A DNA stretch of 64,000 nt from Anaeromyxobacteraceae bacterium (GCA_047602405.1 JASGHJ010000001.1:1024001-1088000), one strand, 5' to 3'; shown: positions 1 through 13,802, numbered from the stretch's first letter. Notes: generated by a model from the letters alone, not told the origin. A program made the numbers and translations.

Positions 1-107
1 ATGAGCGGCTGGCTCGCGACCGGCTCGCCGGTCTGGATGTAGTCCTGGACGAGCGCGCGGAGGATCTCGCGTTCGCGTCGGTCGAGCTCGCCGGTGGGGG
101 ATGGCAT
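1..107 (-). CDS. hrcA: Heat-inducible transcription repressor HrcA, 5' end only (runs off window)
   Basis: Manual translation [35 protein letters not shown] matches the HrcA N-terminal wHTH motif (L..R...IL..IV..YI.TGEPV.S). Confidence 0.85.
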   Translation of the reverse strand, partial: MPSPTGELDRREREILRALVQDYIQTGEPVASQPL

Positions 108-128
108 GACGCTACCCGTCCCGCGGCT

Positions 129-863
129 TCACTCGCCGCCGGCCCTCGACGCGTCACGCTGGGCGAGGGCGAGGTGCCGCTCCGCCGCCGTCGTGAGCGA
201 CGCGAAGCGGCCGGCCTGGAGCGTGCGCCACAGCGGCGCGGCCTTCGCGCGATCGCCGGACGCCTCGGCCACGAGCGCGTCGAGGTGGGTGCGCTCCTCG
301 GGGTTCACGTAGGCGAAGGCGATGCGGGCGAGGCCGTCGGCGTCGAGCCGCAGCGCCTCCTTCACGAGCCCGCGCGCCGCGAGGATGTCGCCCCGGGCGT
401 CGGCGAGGAGCGCGAGCGCGTACCAGGGCTCGGGCCGCGTCGGATCGAGGCCGCGCGCCGTCTCGAGCGTCGCCTGCGCGGCGGAGACGAAGCCGTCGGA
501 GGCGTGGAGCTGGCCGAGGTTCACGAGCGCGGCCTGCTGCTCGCGCGCGTCGCCGCCCGACACCACCTCGTCGAGCAGGCGCCGGGCCGCCTGGCCGTGC
601 CCCTCGAGCGCGTATGCGACCGCGAGGTCGTTGAGCGCCCAGAGCCGGCCCGGGTCCTGCGCGAGCGCCGCCTCGTACGCGGTGCGCGCCCCGCCGAGGT
701 CGCCGGCCCGCAGGCGCTCGGCCCCCTGCCCGCCCGGGGCGACGAGGAGCGCGAGGAGCGGGGAGGCGTCGTCCGGCACGCGCACGTCGGCAGCGCCGCC
801 GCAGGCCGCGAGGGCGGCGAGGAGCGCGAGCGAGGCGAGGCGGTGGGTGCGGGAGACGCGCAT
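129..863 (-). CDS. TPR-repeat lipoprotein
   Basis: Signal peptide with lipobox LAAC; TPR-like helices (ALNDLAVAY, ALVNLGQLH, PWYALALL); start set at ATG 863. Confidence 0.7.
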   Translation of the reverse strand: MRVSRTHRLASLALLAALAACGGAADVRVPDDASPLLALLVAPGGQGAERLRAGDLGGARTAYEAALAQDPGRLWALNDLAVAYALEGHGQAARRLLDEVVSGGDAREQQAALVNLGQLHASDGFVSAAQATLETARGLDPTRPEPWYALALLADARGDILAARGLVKEALRLDADGLARIAFAYVNPEERTHLDALVAEASGDRAKAAPLWRTLQAGRFASLTTAAERHLALAQRDASRAGGE

Positions 864-1014
864 GTTCGTGCTGCCTGGCAGCAACCGACCGAGTGTAGCC
901 ACCCCCCCTCGGTGGATCAAGGAACCCCGCGCCCGGACGGGGGGAATCGGCCCGAGAAGTTCCGGCGCGCGAAGCGCCCGTTCTGACTAATATCCCGCGC
1001 CCTCGCCCCGCGCC

Positions 1015-4779
<3,765 letters not shown>

Positions 4780-4908
4780 TCCTGGCGCATTTCCGTGCTC
4801 TTTTCCCTGTCCCACGGGTACGCCAGCGCCCCCGCGGTCGGAACAAGACCGCCCGGTCGTGCGTTCGCTCACCGCCTGGTTCACCACCCCAGTAAGGAGC
4901 TTCTCGAC

Positions 4909-5928
4909 ATGCGCCGTCTCCTCGCTTTCGGCCTCTGCGCCCTGGCCATCACCGCCTGCGGCGGCTCCGGCAAGAAGTCCGGCACCGGCCCCGTCATCGC
5001 GAAGGGCAAGGGCTTCACCATCACCGCGGACGAGTTCAAGGCCCGCCTCGACGAGCAGTCGCCCTTCATGCGCGCCCGGTACAACAACCTGGAGCGCAAG
5101 AAGGAGTTCCTCGACAACCTCGTCCGCTTCGAGGTGCTCGCCGCCGAGGCGCGCCGCATGAAGCTCGACCAGGATCCGGACGTGCAGAGCACGCTCCAGA
5201 AGATCATGGTCCAGAAGCTCGTCCAGACGAAGTTCCAGGACCCGAAGGACGGCGCGTCGCCGGTCGCCGACGCCGACGCGCAGAAGTACTACGACGAGCA
5301 CAAGGCGGAGTACCAGCGCCCGAAGCGCATCCGCGCCGCGGCGGTGACCTTCGCCTCCGACGCCGGCAGCGCGAAGCGCAAGGCGGACGTCGCGGCCGCG
5401 AAGAAGGCGCTCGCGAAGCTGAAGGTCGAGGAGAAGAAGAGCCCGCTCGCCTTCAACCAGCTCGTCACCGAGTTCTCCGAGGACGCGGCCACCAAGGCCT
5501 CCGGCGGCGACCTCGGCTTCAAGACCCAGGACGAGCTCGCGGCCGCGTTCACGCCCGACGTCGCGGCGAAGGTCGCGGCGCTCGCGGCCGGCCAGACCAC
5601 CGACGTCGTCGAGACGCCGAAGGGCGTCTACATCCTGAAGCTCCTCGGCACGCAGGAGGAGCTCAACCGGTCCTTCGAGCAGGTGAAGCAGCAGATCGTC
5701 AACAAGCTCGCCCGCGAGAAGCGCACGAAGGAGTTCGACGAGTTCGTGAAGAAGCTCCGCGACGAGGCGGGCATCTCGGTCGACGACAAGGCGCTCGACG
5801 CCGTCCAGGTCGCCGCGGCGCCCGAGGGCGGGATGCCCCCGGGGATGCCCGGCATGCCCTCCGGCATGGCGCCGCACGGCGCTCCTCCGCCGGCTCCGGC
5901 CCCGGCCCCCGCGCCGGTCACGAAGTAG
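4909..5928 (+). CDS. Parvulin/PpiC-type peptidylprolyl isomerase lipoprotein
   Basis: AAGGAG RBS, lipobox ITAC, SED..TKASGGDLG rotamase motif. Confidence 0.85.
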   Translation: MRRLLAFGLCALAITACGGSGKKSGTGPVIAKGKGFTITADEFKARLDEQSPFMRARYNNLERKKEFLDNLVRFEVLAAEARRMKLDQDPDVQSTLQKIMVQKLVQTKFQDPKDGASPVADADAQKYYDEHKAEYQRPKRIRAAAVTFASDAGSAKRKADVAAAKKALAKLKVEEKKSPLAFNQLVTEFSEDAATKASGGDLGFKTQDELAAAFTPDVAAKVAALAAGQTTDVVETPKGVYILKLLGTQEELNRSFEQVKQQIVNKLAREKRTKEFDEFVKKLRDEAGISVDDKALDAVQVAAAPEGGMPPGMPGMPSGMAPHGAPPPAPAPAPAPVTK

Positions 5929-5938
5929 CGAAGGCCCG

Positions 5939-6880
5939 GTGAGGATCGGCGTCTCGATCGTGGTGGCGGCCCTCGGGCTCGCCGCCTGCGGACGGTGCGG
6001 CGCGAGCCGGCCGGCCGCGCCCGCCGCCCCGCCGCCCGTCGCGGTGGTGAACGGCGAGCCGATCCTCCCCGACGCGCTCGCCCGCGAGCTCTCCGAGACG
6101 CGGGCGGGCGAGGCGCAGGGGCCGCTCGAGCCCGTCAAGCGCCGCATCCTCGACGACCTCGTGGCGCGCGCGCTCCTCCTCCAGGAGGCGCGCGCGCGCT
6201 CCATCGTCGTCGGCCAGGACCTCGTCGAGCGCGAGTTCCTCCGCGTCCGCGCCGAGTACCCCGGCACGCACTTCGACGACCTCCTCGCCGAGAAGCGCCT
6301 CTCCCAGGCGGACCTGAAGGCGCGCCTCAAGGACCAGCTCACCATGGAGCGCCTCCTCGAGCAGGAGGTGTTCCAGGCCGTGCAGGTGTCCGACCAGGAG
6401 GTCGAGCGCTGGTACGGCGAGCACGCCGCCGAGTTCGACGTCGCCGAGCAGGTGAAGGTCTCGCAGATCGTGGTGGCGTCCCGCGACGAGGCGCTGCAGA
6501 TCCGGGACCGGCTGCGGAAGAACCCGCAGACCTTCGCCGAGGTGGCGAAGAAGTCGTCCATCGCCCCCGAGGCGAGGAACGGCGGCGACCTCGGCTTCAT
6601 CGCGAAGGGCGGGGGCTTCCCCGAGGTGTTCGACGTGACTTTCCAGATGGCGCCGAACGTCATCTCCGACGTGACGCCCTCTCCCTACGGCTTCCACCTG
6701 TTCAAGGTGACCGAGCGCCGCCCGGCCGGGCGCCGCACCCTCGAGCAGGCGAAGCCCGAGATCAAAGAGAAGCTCCTCCGGCAGAAGCGCCTCGCGGCGC
6801 AGGAGGAGTACCTCGCCGCCCTCCGCAAGCGCGCCAAGGTCGAGATCGACGAGAAGGCGCTCGCCTCGGTGACCCCGTGA
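5939..6880 (+). CDS. SurA-N/parvulin peptidylprolyl isomerase
   Basis: VAVVNGEPI, SIAPEARNGGDLGF, SPYGFHLFKV. Confidence 0.85.
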   Translation: MRIGVSIVVAALGLAACGRCGASRPAAPAAPPPVAVVNGEPILPDALARELSETRAGEAQGPLEPVKRRILDDLVARALLLQEARARSIVVGQDLVEREFLRVRAEYPGTHFDDLLAEKRLSQADLKARLKDQLTMERLLEQEVFQAVQVSDQEVERWYGEHAAEFDVAEQVKVSQIVVASRDEALQIRDRLRKNPQTFAEVAKKSSIAPEARNGGDLGFIAKGGGFPEVFDVTFQMAPNVISDVTPSPYGFHLFKVTERRPAGRRTLEQAKPEIKEKLLRQKRLAAQEEYLAALRKRAKVEIDEKALASVTP

Positions 6881-7908
6881 ACCTCATCCTCGCCCTCGTC
6901 CCCGCCCTCCTCCTCGCCGCCGACCCCGCCCCGGCGCCCGCCGCGGCCGCCCAGGAGGGCGAGGTCGTCGACCGCGTCGCCGCCGTCGTGAACGGCGACG
7001 TCGTGATGCTCTCCGAGCTCGCCGACATCGCCGGCTCGGAGTGGGTCCGCGTCCAGGCCATGCCGGACGGCCCGGAGAAGCAGAAGGACCGCGCCGAGAT
7101 GCTGAAGAAGGTCTTCGCCCAGGTGCTCGAGCAGAAGCTGCTCGCCCAGTCGGCGGCGAAGGACGGCATCGAGATCACCGACAAGCAGGTCGACGCGTCC
7201 ATCGAGGACGTGAAGACCCGCAACCGCCTCGACCAGGCCCAGCTCGAGGCCGCCCTCGCCGCGCAGGGCCTGGACCTCGCCACCTACCGCGCCAACACGA
7301 AGCGCGACCTCGAGGCGCTCTACGCGCTGCAGGAGAAGGTCCGCAACCGCGTGAAGATCGGCGACACGGACCTGCAGAACTACTACCAGACGCACGAGGC
7401 GGACTTCCGCGGCGAGCCGGAGGTGAAGCTCCGGCACATCTTCCTGCCGCTCCCGGAGGGCGCGCCGGCCGCCGAGGAGAAGAAGGTCCGCGCCGAGGCC
7501 GACCGCATCAAGGCTCGCCTGCTGGCCGGCGCCGACTTCGTGGCCGAGGCGAAGAAGTCCTCGAAGGGCCCGTCCGCCGGCGACGGCGGCGACCTCGGCT
7601 GGGTCCGCAAGGGCACCATCGAGAAGGTCGACGAGCTCGTCGTCGGCATGGAGCCGGGTCAGATGACCGACTGGGTCCGCGTCGGCCCCGGCATCCACCT
7701 CTTCAAGGTCGAGGAGAAGCGCCTCGCGGGCGCGAAGACCTTCGAGGAGGCGAAGGAGGAGATCCGGCAGCGGCTGTACGAGGGGCAGATGCAGGGCCTC
7801 CGCCAGCAGGTCGTCGGCGAGCTGAAGCGCGACGCCGTCATCGAGACGAAGATCCCCGAGCTCGCCGACGAGGCGAGCGGGACGAAGTTCTCGTCCAAGC
7901 TGAAGTAG
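6877..7908 (+). CDS. surA: SurA-like periplasmic chaperone/PPIase
   Basis: VVDRVAAVVNGDV SurA N-terminus, LRHIFL and GGDLGW; GTGA overlap with upstream stop; precedes pdxA. Confidence 0.75.
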   Translation: MNLILALVPALLLAADPAPAPAAAAQEGEVVDRVAAVVNGDVVMLSELADIAGSEWVRVQAMPDGPEKQKDRAEMLKKVFAQVLEQKLLAQSAAKDGIEITDKQVDASIEDVKTRNRLDQAQLEAALAAQGLDLATYRANTKRDLEALYALQEKVRNRVKIGDTDLQNYYQTHEADFRGEPEVKLRHIFLPLPEGAPAAEEKKVRAEADRIKARLLAGADFVAEAKKSSKGPSAGDGGDLGWVRKGTIEKVDELVVGMEPGQMTDWVRVGPGIHLFKVEEKRLAGAKTFEEAKEEIRQRLYEGQMQGLRQQVVGELKRDAVIETKIPELADEASGTKFSSKLK

Positions 7909-8033
7909 GGCCGCCGGCGGTGGCGCCGGGCGCGCGGACCGCAGTCCTTCGGGGCGCGGCCGACTGCCCGCTCGACGCGGGCCTGCACCCGCAGTAGAAG
8001 GTCCGGGTTCGTTCGCCGCCGCGAGAGGACCCC

Positions 8034-8555
8034 ATGCGCACGCCCGCAGCGCTGTTCGCCGCCGCAACCCTCCTGGCCGCGGGCCCCGCCGCGGCCGGGG
8101 AACCTCCCTTCGAGCACGACTGGCGCTCGGAGAACGGCGGCGCCGACCGCATCAGCCGGCAGCAGGCGCTCCCGCCGTACGGCCACGGCGAGCCGGCGGC
8201 CGTCATGTCCGTGCGCCTGATGAAGCTCCCCCCGGAGCACGCGCCCCTCGCGGAGCTCGTCGCGAAGCAGCTCGCGCCTGGCCCCGCGACCACGCTCGCC
8301 GATCCCGGTCCCATCCCGACGAAGACCGAGACCATCGCCGGGCACGAGGTGACCTTCGCCCGCTACCGGATCACCGCGCTCCGGGGCCAATCGTTCGAGG
8401 TGCCACGCCTCTCGGTCCATGCGTTCACCATCGACGACGGAGACCTGGTGTTCATGAACCTCCTCGTGGCCGTACCGAAGCTCGACGAGGTCGCCGCGGC
8501 CGACCACCGGAAGTTCGTGGAGTGGATCCTCGGCGGGGGGCTGTCCGGGAAGTGA
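8034..8555 (+). CDS. Hypothetical secreted protein
   Basis: GAGG RBS, signal peptide, coding-like codon usage. Confidence 0.6.
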   Translation: MRTPAALFAAATLLAAGPAAAGEPPFEHDWRSENGGADRISRQQALPPYGHGEPAAVMSVRLMKLPPEHAPLAELVAKQLAPGPATTLADPGPIPTKTETIAGHEVTFARYRITALRGQSFEVPRLSVHAFTIDDGDLVFMNLLVAVPKLDEVAAADHRKFVEWILGGGLSGK

Positions 8556-8589
8556 CGCCGCGGCCGGCCCTGCGGATAAGATCCCGCGC

Positions 8590-9654
8590 ATGTCCCTCCC
8601 CCGCGTCGCGATCAGCCTCGGCGATCCCTCCGGCATCGGCGCGGAGGTGACGGCCGCGGCGCTCGCGCGCGTGCGCGGCGAGTGCACGCCGGTGGTCTAC
8701 GGCGATCTGGGCCTCTTCCGGCGCTGGTTCGCGGAGCTCACGGTGCCGGTGCTCGCGCGCGGCGCGGCACCCGGGCGCTCGGGCGGGCTCGTGCCGGTGA
8801 CCGAGCTCGCCGCGAAGGACGCCCGGCCCGGGAAGCCGACGCGCGCAGGGGCCGGGGCGCAGGTCGCCTACCTCGAGCGCGCGTTCGACGCGGTGACGCG
8901 TGGCGAGGCCGACGCGCTCGTGACCGCACCGGTGTCGAAGGCGCAGGTCGCGCGGGTCCTGCCCGGATTCGTCGGGCACACCGAGTGGCTGGAGGCGCGG
9001 GCTCCCTCGGCTCCGCGTCCCTCGTCTCCGGGCTCGCTGCGCGAGCCCTACGCTCGGGACGAACGGAGGCCCCGATCGGTGATGATGCTCGCCGGCGAGC
9101 GCCTGCGGATCGCGCTCGTCACGAACCACGTCGCGCTCGCGCGGCTGCCCCGGCTGCTCACCCCGGCGCGGATCGCAGGGACGATCGGCATCACCTTCCG
9201 CGCGCTGCGCGACGACTTCGGGATCCGGAGGCCGCGGCTCGCGCTCGCCGCGTTCAACCCGCACGCGGGCGAGGAGGGCACCTTCGGCGACGAGGAGGCC
9301 CGCGTGCTCGCGCCTGCGCTCGCGCTCGCGAGGAAGGCGGGCACGCCGGCGGCGGGGCCGTTCCCGGCCGACTCGGTCTTCTTCCGCGCCGCGCTCGGCG
9401 AGTTCGATGCGGTGGTCGCGCTCTACCACGACCAGGGGCTCATCCCGGTGAAGCTCCTCGACGCGGTCGGCGGCGACCCCGCGGTGAACGTGACGCTCGG
9501 GCTGCCCTTCGTGCGCACGAGCCCGGACCACGGCGTCGCCTACGGCCTCGCCGGCAAGGGCGAGGCCTCGGCCGACTCGATGGTCGCGGCGATCCGGCTC
9601 GCGATCCGGATGGCCGAGGTCAGGGCGGCGCGAGCGCGCGCGGCCAGACGCTGA
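8590..9654 (+). CDS. pdxA: 4-hydroxythreonine-4-phosphate dehydrogenase, carrying an in-frame repeat insertion
   Basis: GDPSGIGAE, GHTE, NPHAGE, YHDQGLIPVK, RTSPDHG motifs. Confidence 0.93.
   Translation: MSLPRVAISLGDPSGIGAEVTAAALARVRGECTPVVYGDLGLFRRWFAELTVPVLARGAAPGRSGGLVPVTELAAKDARPGKPTRAGAGAQVAYLERAFDAVTRGEADALVTAPVSKAQVARVLPGFVGHTEWLEARAPSAPRPSSPGSLREPYARDERRPRSVMMLAGERLRIALVTNHVALARLPRLLTPARIAGTIGITFRALRDDFGIRRPRLALAAFNPHAGEEGTFGDEEARVLAPALALARKAGTPAAGPFPADSVFFRAALGEFDAVVALYHDQGLIPVKLLDAVGGDPAVNVTLGLPFVRTSPDHGVAYGLAGKGEASADSMVAAIRLAIRMAEVRAARARAARR
9011..9068 (+). repeat. Palindromic REP-like repeat family A, copy inside pdxA
   Basis: cgtccctcgtctccg-[ggctcgc hairpin gcgagcc]-ctacgctcgggacgaacgg. 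Confidence 0.85.
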
Positions 9655-11233
9655 AGCGACAGTCGAGGTTGCCCGCCGGAAGCGGGATCTCGAGCCCCCG
9701 CGAGAACTGCACGACCGTGCCGTCGAGCCCGAGCGCGGGGAAGCCGGTGCCCACCGCGCCGGTCTGCGGATTGGCGCACCCGCCCTGGGCCGGCAGCTCG
9801 AGCGTCGCGCAGACCCCGCCACCCGGATCCACGATGTCGATCCGCGGGCGCCGGCTCTCCGCGGCGCAGGCGGAGCGGATGGCGAGCGCCACGCCGCCCT
9901 TGCCGGCGCGGACGAGCCGCTCCCCCGCGCGTGCGAGGAGCCAGGGCGGGGCGGCCGCCGCGCCGGTCGGGACCGCGGGGTGGAACCGTCTCAGCCACGT
10001 CCCGTCCGCCGTCCCATCCCCGCTCGGCAGGGCGCGCAGCGCGAGCGAGCCGTCGGGCAGCGCCACGAGCTCGCTCGAGGCCGGGAGCGCGTCGGCGGCG
10101 CGGAAGACCGGGCCGAGCGGAGCGCCATCGGTGCCGAACCAGCGGCCTGCGACGCCGCCCCCGTTGCACGCGGCGACGCCCGCCCACAGCACGAGCGTCT
10201 CGCCGGACGGGGCGAGCCCGGCCACCTCCGGGCCGATGGCCCTCACGAGGTCCGACTCGCGGCCGGCCCGGTCCCAGGTGCCGGTCGCGTCGGTGGGCAG
10301 CGAGAGGACGCGGAAGGGCGGGGTCCGGACCGCGCCGTCGGGGCCGAGGACCGCGCTCCAGAGCTCGCCCGCGCCGTCGGTCGCGAGTCCACTCACGGTC
10401 ACGGCGAGGCTGCCCATCCCGTCCGCGCCGACGCTCCCGGGCGCGCCGTAGTAGGCAGGCCAGAACCAGCTCCCCCAGCGGATGGGCCAGGGGATCGCGA
10501 GCGGCGCCTCGTTGCCCGCCTCGTCGACGCGCAGCACGGTCGGCAGGTCCCCCGCGAGCTGGAAGCCGCGCACGCCCGGGAAGAGCGGCTGCGTGCCGCT
10601 GGTCTCCCCGAGCTGGCGCCCCGAGAGGTCGAGGGTGCGGATCGTGCCGCGCATGTACCCGCCACCGCCGAGGAACTCGACCACCTGCCAGGCGGCGACG
10701 CCGGTGGCGTCCACCTGCACCGTGCCGCAGGGGAGGCGGCAGCCGAGCCCGGCGCCGCAGCGGTAGATGGTGGACACCTCCGCGGGCGTTCCGAGCGTCG
10801 GCTTCCAGCCGCCGCAGTCGCCCGGGCCTGGCTGCGATACGAGCGCGGCTGCGGGTGCGCAGCTCGCCGGGGTGACGGCTGGAACGCCGGGGCCCATCGG
10901 GATCGGGGCCGGGGGCGGCGGAGCGGGGATCGGATCCGGGGGCGGGGGCGGGGGCGGATTGGGAGACGGAGGCGGAGACGGTGTCGGAGGCGGCGTCGGA
11001 GTTGGAGTGGGTGTCGGAGTTGGAGCTGGAGTTGGAGTTGGAGAGGGTGACGGAGCGGGAGTCGGTGTCGGCGTCGGCGTCGGATCCTGCGGCGGGGTCG
11101 GCGTCGGCGTGGGGCTCGGGCTCGGCGTCGGCTGCGGCGACGGCTCGCTCGGACCCTTGCCCGGTCCGCGGCCGCCGCCTCCCCCGCACGCAAGCGTGAG
11201 GCACACCGCAACGAGCAGCGCCTTCCCGGCCAT
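9620..11233 (-). CDS. Hypothetical lipoprotein with long Pro/Thr linker
   Basis: MAGKALLVAVCLTLAC lipobox, (PT)n and poly-Pro tract, then a globular Cys-containing region. Confidence 0.65.
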   Translation of the reverse strand: MAGKALLVAVCLTLACGGGGGRGPGKGPSEPSPQPTPSPSPTPTPTPPQDPTPTPTPTPAPSPSPTPTPAPTPTPTPTPTPPPTPSPPPSPNPPPPPPPDPIPAPPPPAPIPMGPGVPAVTPASCAPAAALVSQPGPGDCGGWKPTLGTPAEVSTIYRCGAGLGCRLPCGTVQVDATGVAAWQVVEFLGGGGYMRGTIRTLDLSGRQLGETSGTQPLFPGVRGFQLAGDLPTVLRVDEAGNEAPLAIPWPIRWGSWFWPAYYGAPGSVGADGMGSLAVTVSGLATDGAGELWSAVLGPDGAVRTPPFRVLSLPTDATGTWDRAGRESDLVRAIGPEVAGLAPSGETLVLWAGVAACNGGGVAGRWFGTDGAPLGPVFRAADALPASSELVALPDGSLALRALPSGDGTADGTWLRRFHPAVPTGAAAAPPWLLARAGERLVRAGKGGVALAIRSACAAESRRPRIDIVDPGGGVCATLELPAQGGCANPQTGAVGTGFPALGLDGTVVQFSRGLEIPLPAGNLDCRFSVWPRALAPP

Positions 11234-11288
11234 GCACCGAAGGTGAGGGGCGGGCGGCCCATCGGCAACAGCGACGGGAGGCGTGGGA

Positions 11289-11462
11289 TCAGCGCGCCCG
11301 AGCCGACCCGTGCTTCGGGCGCGGCGCGACCTGCAGGAAGCGGGGCTTTCGCACCTCGGCGGGCGCGGCGAGCGTGAAGCTGTCGCCGTCGAGCACGCGC
11401 ACGGGGCGCTCGTCGCGCGCCTCGCCCGACGGACGAACGGTCCAGGCCTCCTGCTCCTGCAT
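11289..11462 (-). CDS. Possible small hypothetical protein
   Basis: 57-aa ORF MQEQEAWTVRPSGE... filling the gap between ychF and the lipoprotein gene. Confidence 0.3.
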   Translation of the reverse strand: MQEQEAWTVRPSGEARDERPVRVLDGDSFTLAAPAEVRKPRFLQVAPRPKHGSARAR

Positions 11463-11554
11463 GGACGGAGCGTACGCACCGGGTCGCCAGCGCGCCACGC
11501 CCTGGCGGGTCGACGACCCGCTCCTCGCGGGGCGGGATGACCCTGCGGCGGGCC

Positions 11555-12667
11555 CTACACGTTGAAGCGGAAGTGCATCACGTCGCCATCCTTGACGACG
11601 TATTCCTTCCCTTCCATCCGGAGCTTGCCCGCGGTCCGGGCGGCGGCCTCGCTGCCGAGGGTGACGAGGTCGTCGTACGCCATGACCTCCGCCTTGATGA
11701 AGCCCTTCTCGAAGTCGGAGTGGATGACGCCCGCGGCGCCGGGGGCGAGGGTGCCCGCCTTGATGGTCCAGGCCCGGCACTCGTCCTCGCCGACCGTGAA
11801 GTAGGTCAGGAGCCCGAGCAGCCGGTAACCGGCGTGCACGAGCCGGTCGAGCCCCGGCTCCTCCAGCCCGAGCGACGCGAGGTACTCGCCCCGCTCCTCG
11901 GGCGCGAGCGCCACGAGCTCCGACTCGACCTTGCCGGAGATGGCGACCCACTGCGCGCCCTCCGCCTCGGCGAGCGCCTTCACCGCGGCGACGTGCGGGT
12001 CGGTGGCGGCCTGGCCGAGCTGCCCCTCGTCGACGTTCGCGATGTAGAGCACCGGCTTCGAGGTCAGGAGGAAGAGATCCGAGACGAGCGCCTTGTCCTC
12101 GTCGGTGAGCTTCTGCCCGCGCACCGGCGTGCCCGCCTCGAGGCCCGCCTTCACCTTGTCGAGCGCGCCGAGCTCGGCCTTCGCCTGCTCGCCCTGCTTG
12201 CCGGCGGCCTTCGTGTTCTTGAGCGTGCGCTCGCGCCGCTTCTCGATCGAGTCGAGGTCCTTCAGCATGAGCTCGGTCTCGACGACGTCGCGGTCGCCGC
12301 GCGGATCGACCTTCCCGGCCACGTGCACGACGTCCGGGTCGGCGAAGCAGCGCAGCACGTGGGCGATCGCGTCCACCTGGCGGATGTTGCCGAGGAACTG
12401 GTTGCCGAGCCCCTCGCCCTTCGAGGCGCCGGCGACGAGCCCGGCGATGTCGACGAACTCGAGCGCGGTGGGGGTCGTCTTCTTCGGCTTGAACATCGAC
12501 GTCAGCTTCTCGAGGCGGCGGTCCGGCACCGGGACGATGCCGACGTTCGGCTCGATCGTGCAGAACGGGTAGTTCGCCGCGGCCGCCTGGGCGGCGCCGA
12601 GGAGCGCGTTGAAGAGGGTGGACTTCCCGACGTTGGGGAGCCCGACGATGCCGATGGAGAGACCCAT
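11555..12667 (-). CDS. ychF: Redox-regulated ATPase YchF
   Basis: GIVGLPNVGKSTLFNAL, NYPFCTIEPN, DIAGLV, GEGLGNQFL, HFRFNV. Confidence 0.97.
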   Translation of the reverse strand: MGLSIGIVGLPNVGKSTLFNALLGAAQAAAANYPFCTIEPNVGIVPVPDRRLEKLTSMFKPKKTTPTALEFVDIAGLVAGASKGEGLGNQFLGNIRQVDAIAHVLRCFADPDVVHVAGKVDPRGDRDVVETELMLKDLDSIEKRRERTLKNTKAAGKQGEQAKAELGALDKVKAGLEAGTPVRGQKLTDEDKALVSDLFLLTSKPVLYIANVDEGQLGQAATDPHVAAVKALAEAEGAQWVAISGKVESELVALAPEERGEYLASLGLEEPGLDRLVHAGYRLLGLLTYFTVGEDECRAWTIKAGTLAPGAAGVIHSDFEKGFIKAEVMAYDDLVTLGSEAAARTAGKLRMEGKEYVVKDGDVMHFRFNV

Positions 12668-12747
12668 TTCGATGCCTGCCTTCTACCGCTGAAAACAAGG
12701 CTCCGGGGGCCGCGGGCCGCCGGAGCCGGACTGAAGATGTGACGCCC

Positions 12748-12815
12748 GCTGCCAGGGGGTGGGGCCCCGGCGAGCCGCCTCGCCGGGGCGGGGGCGCGCC
12801 GAGCGCCCCCGCAAA
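12748..12815 (+). repeat. Palindromic repeat family B, copy 1
   Basis: ggggtggggcccc-[hairpin]-ggggcgggggcgcgccgagcgcccccgc; similar to 28257-28311 and 60061-60131 (reverse). Confidence 0.7.
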
Positions 12816-12823
12816 CACAGCCC

Positions 12824-13384
12824 TTACGCCGCGCGGTCGGACGGGAGCTGCGCGATGTACTCCTCGACGAGGTGGCGCTGGGCCTTCTCGTCCAGGCTGC
12901 TCTTCACGAGCTTGCCGGCGGCCGCGATGGCGAGGTCCGCGACCTGCGCGCGGAGCTCGGCCTTCGCCTTCTGGATCTCCTCGGTCACCTGGCGGCGGGC
13001 GGCGGCGACGAGCTCGTCGGCCTCCTTCTTCGCCTTCTCGGTGAGCTCGACGCGGAGCTTCTCGACCTCCTGCTGGTTGCGCTTCGCGAGCTCGGCCGCC
13101 TCGCGCTGCGCCTTCTGGAGCGACTCCTTCTGCTCGGCCATGAGGCGCTCGGCCTCGGCGCGCTCCTTCTTCGCGGCCTCGATCGCCTCGCGGATCGTCC
13201 GCTCGCGGTCGGCCAGCATCTTCACGATGGGGCCCCAGGCGAACTTCCCGAGGACGAAGATGAGGACGAGGAAGGTGATCGCCGTCCAGAGCGTCAGGCC
13301 GGGGTTGAGGTCGGTGATGCCGCCTGCGGCGAGGACCGAGCTTCCGGTGGAGGCGGCGCTGCCGGCGAAGGCCATGGGGGTCAT
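12824..13384 (-). CDS. atpF: ATP synthase Fo subunit b
   Basis: TM helix then KFAWGPIVKMLADRE, coiled coil, DLAIAAAGKLV. Confidence 0.92.
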   Translation of the reverse strand: MTPMAFAGSAASTGSSVLAAGGITDLNPGLTLWTAITFLVLIFVLGKFAWGPIVKMLADRERTIREAIEAAKKERAEAERLMAEQKESLQKAQREAAELAKRNQQEVEKLRVELTEKAKKEADELVAAARRQVTEEIQKAKAELRAQVADLAIAAAGKLVKSSLDEKAQRHLVEEYIAQLPSDRAA

Positions 13385-13455
13385 GCGAGCTCCGTCGAGA
13401 AGAGGAACGACGGCTGCCCGGGGCCCCTAGGAGCCCCGGGCGGCCGGTGAGGGCG

Positions 13456-13683
13456 CTACTTGATGGCGAGGAGGAGGCAGACGACGATCGCGAAGAGCGT
13501 CGCGCCTTCGATGAGGGCGGCGGCGATGATCATCGACGTGCGGATGTCGCCGAGGGCGGTCGGCTGGCGGGCGGAGCCCTCCATCGCGGCGGCGGCGAGC
13601 TTGCCGATGCCCATGCCGGCGCCGACGACGGCGAGACCGGCGCCCAGGCCGGCAGAGAGGTACGCGAGAGCGACGGGAGCCAT
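13456..13683 (-). CDS. atpE: ATP synthase Fo subunit c
   Basis: Gly-rich helix, ARQP loop, ALIEG carboxylate; AAGGAG RBS. Confidence 0.95.
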   Translation of the reverse strand: MAPVALAYLSAGLGAGLAVVGAGMGIGKLAAAAMEGSARQPTALGDIRTSMIIAAALIEGATLFAIVVCLLLAIK

Positions 13684-13802
13684 GGTGTTTCTCCTTCGGT
13701 GCTGCTCAGCGCGGGATTGGCCGGGCCGCGTTTCCCGGGGCGCGACTGCGCTCGACGACCCACGGCCGGGAACCTTCCCGGCCGCGTGAACTGCGACGAC
13801 GA

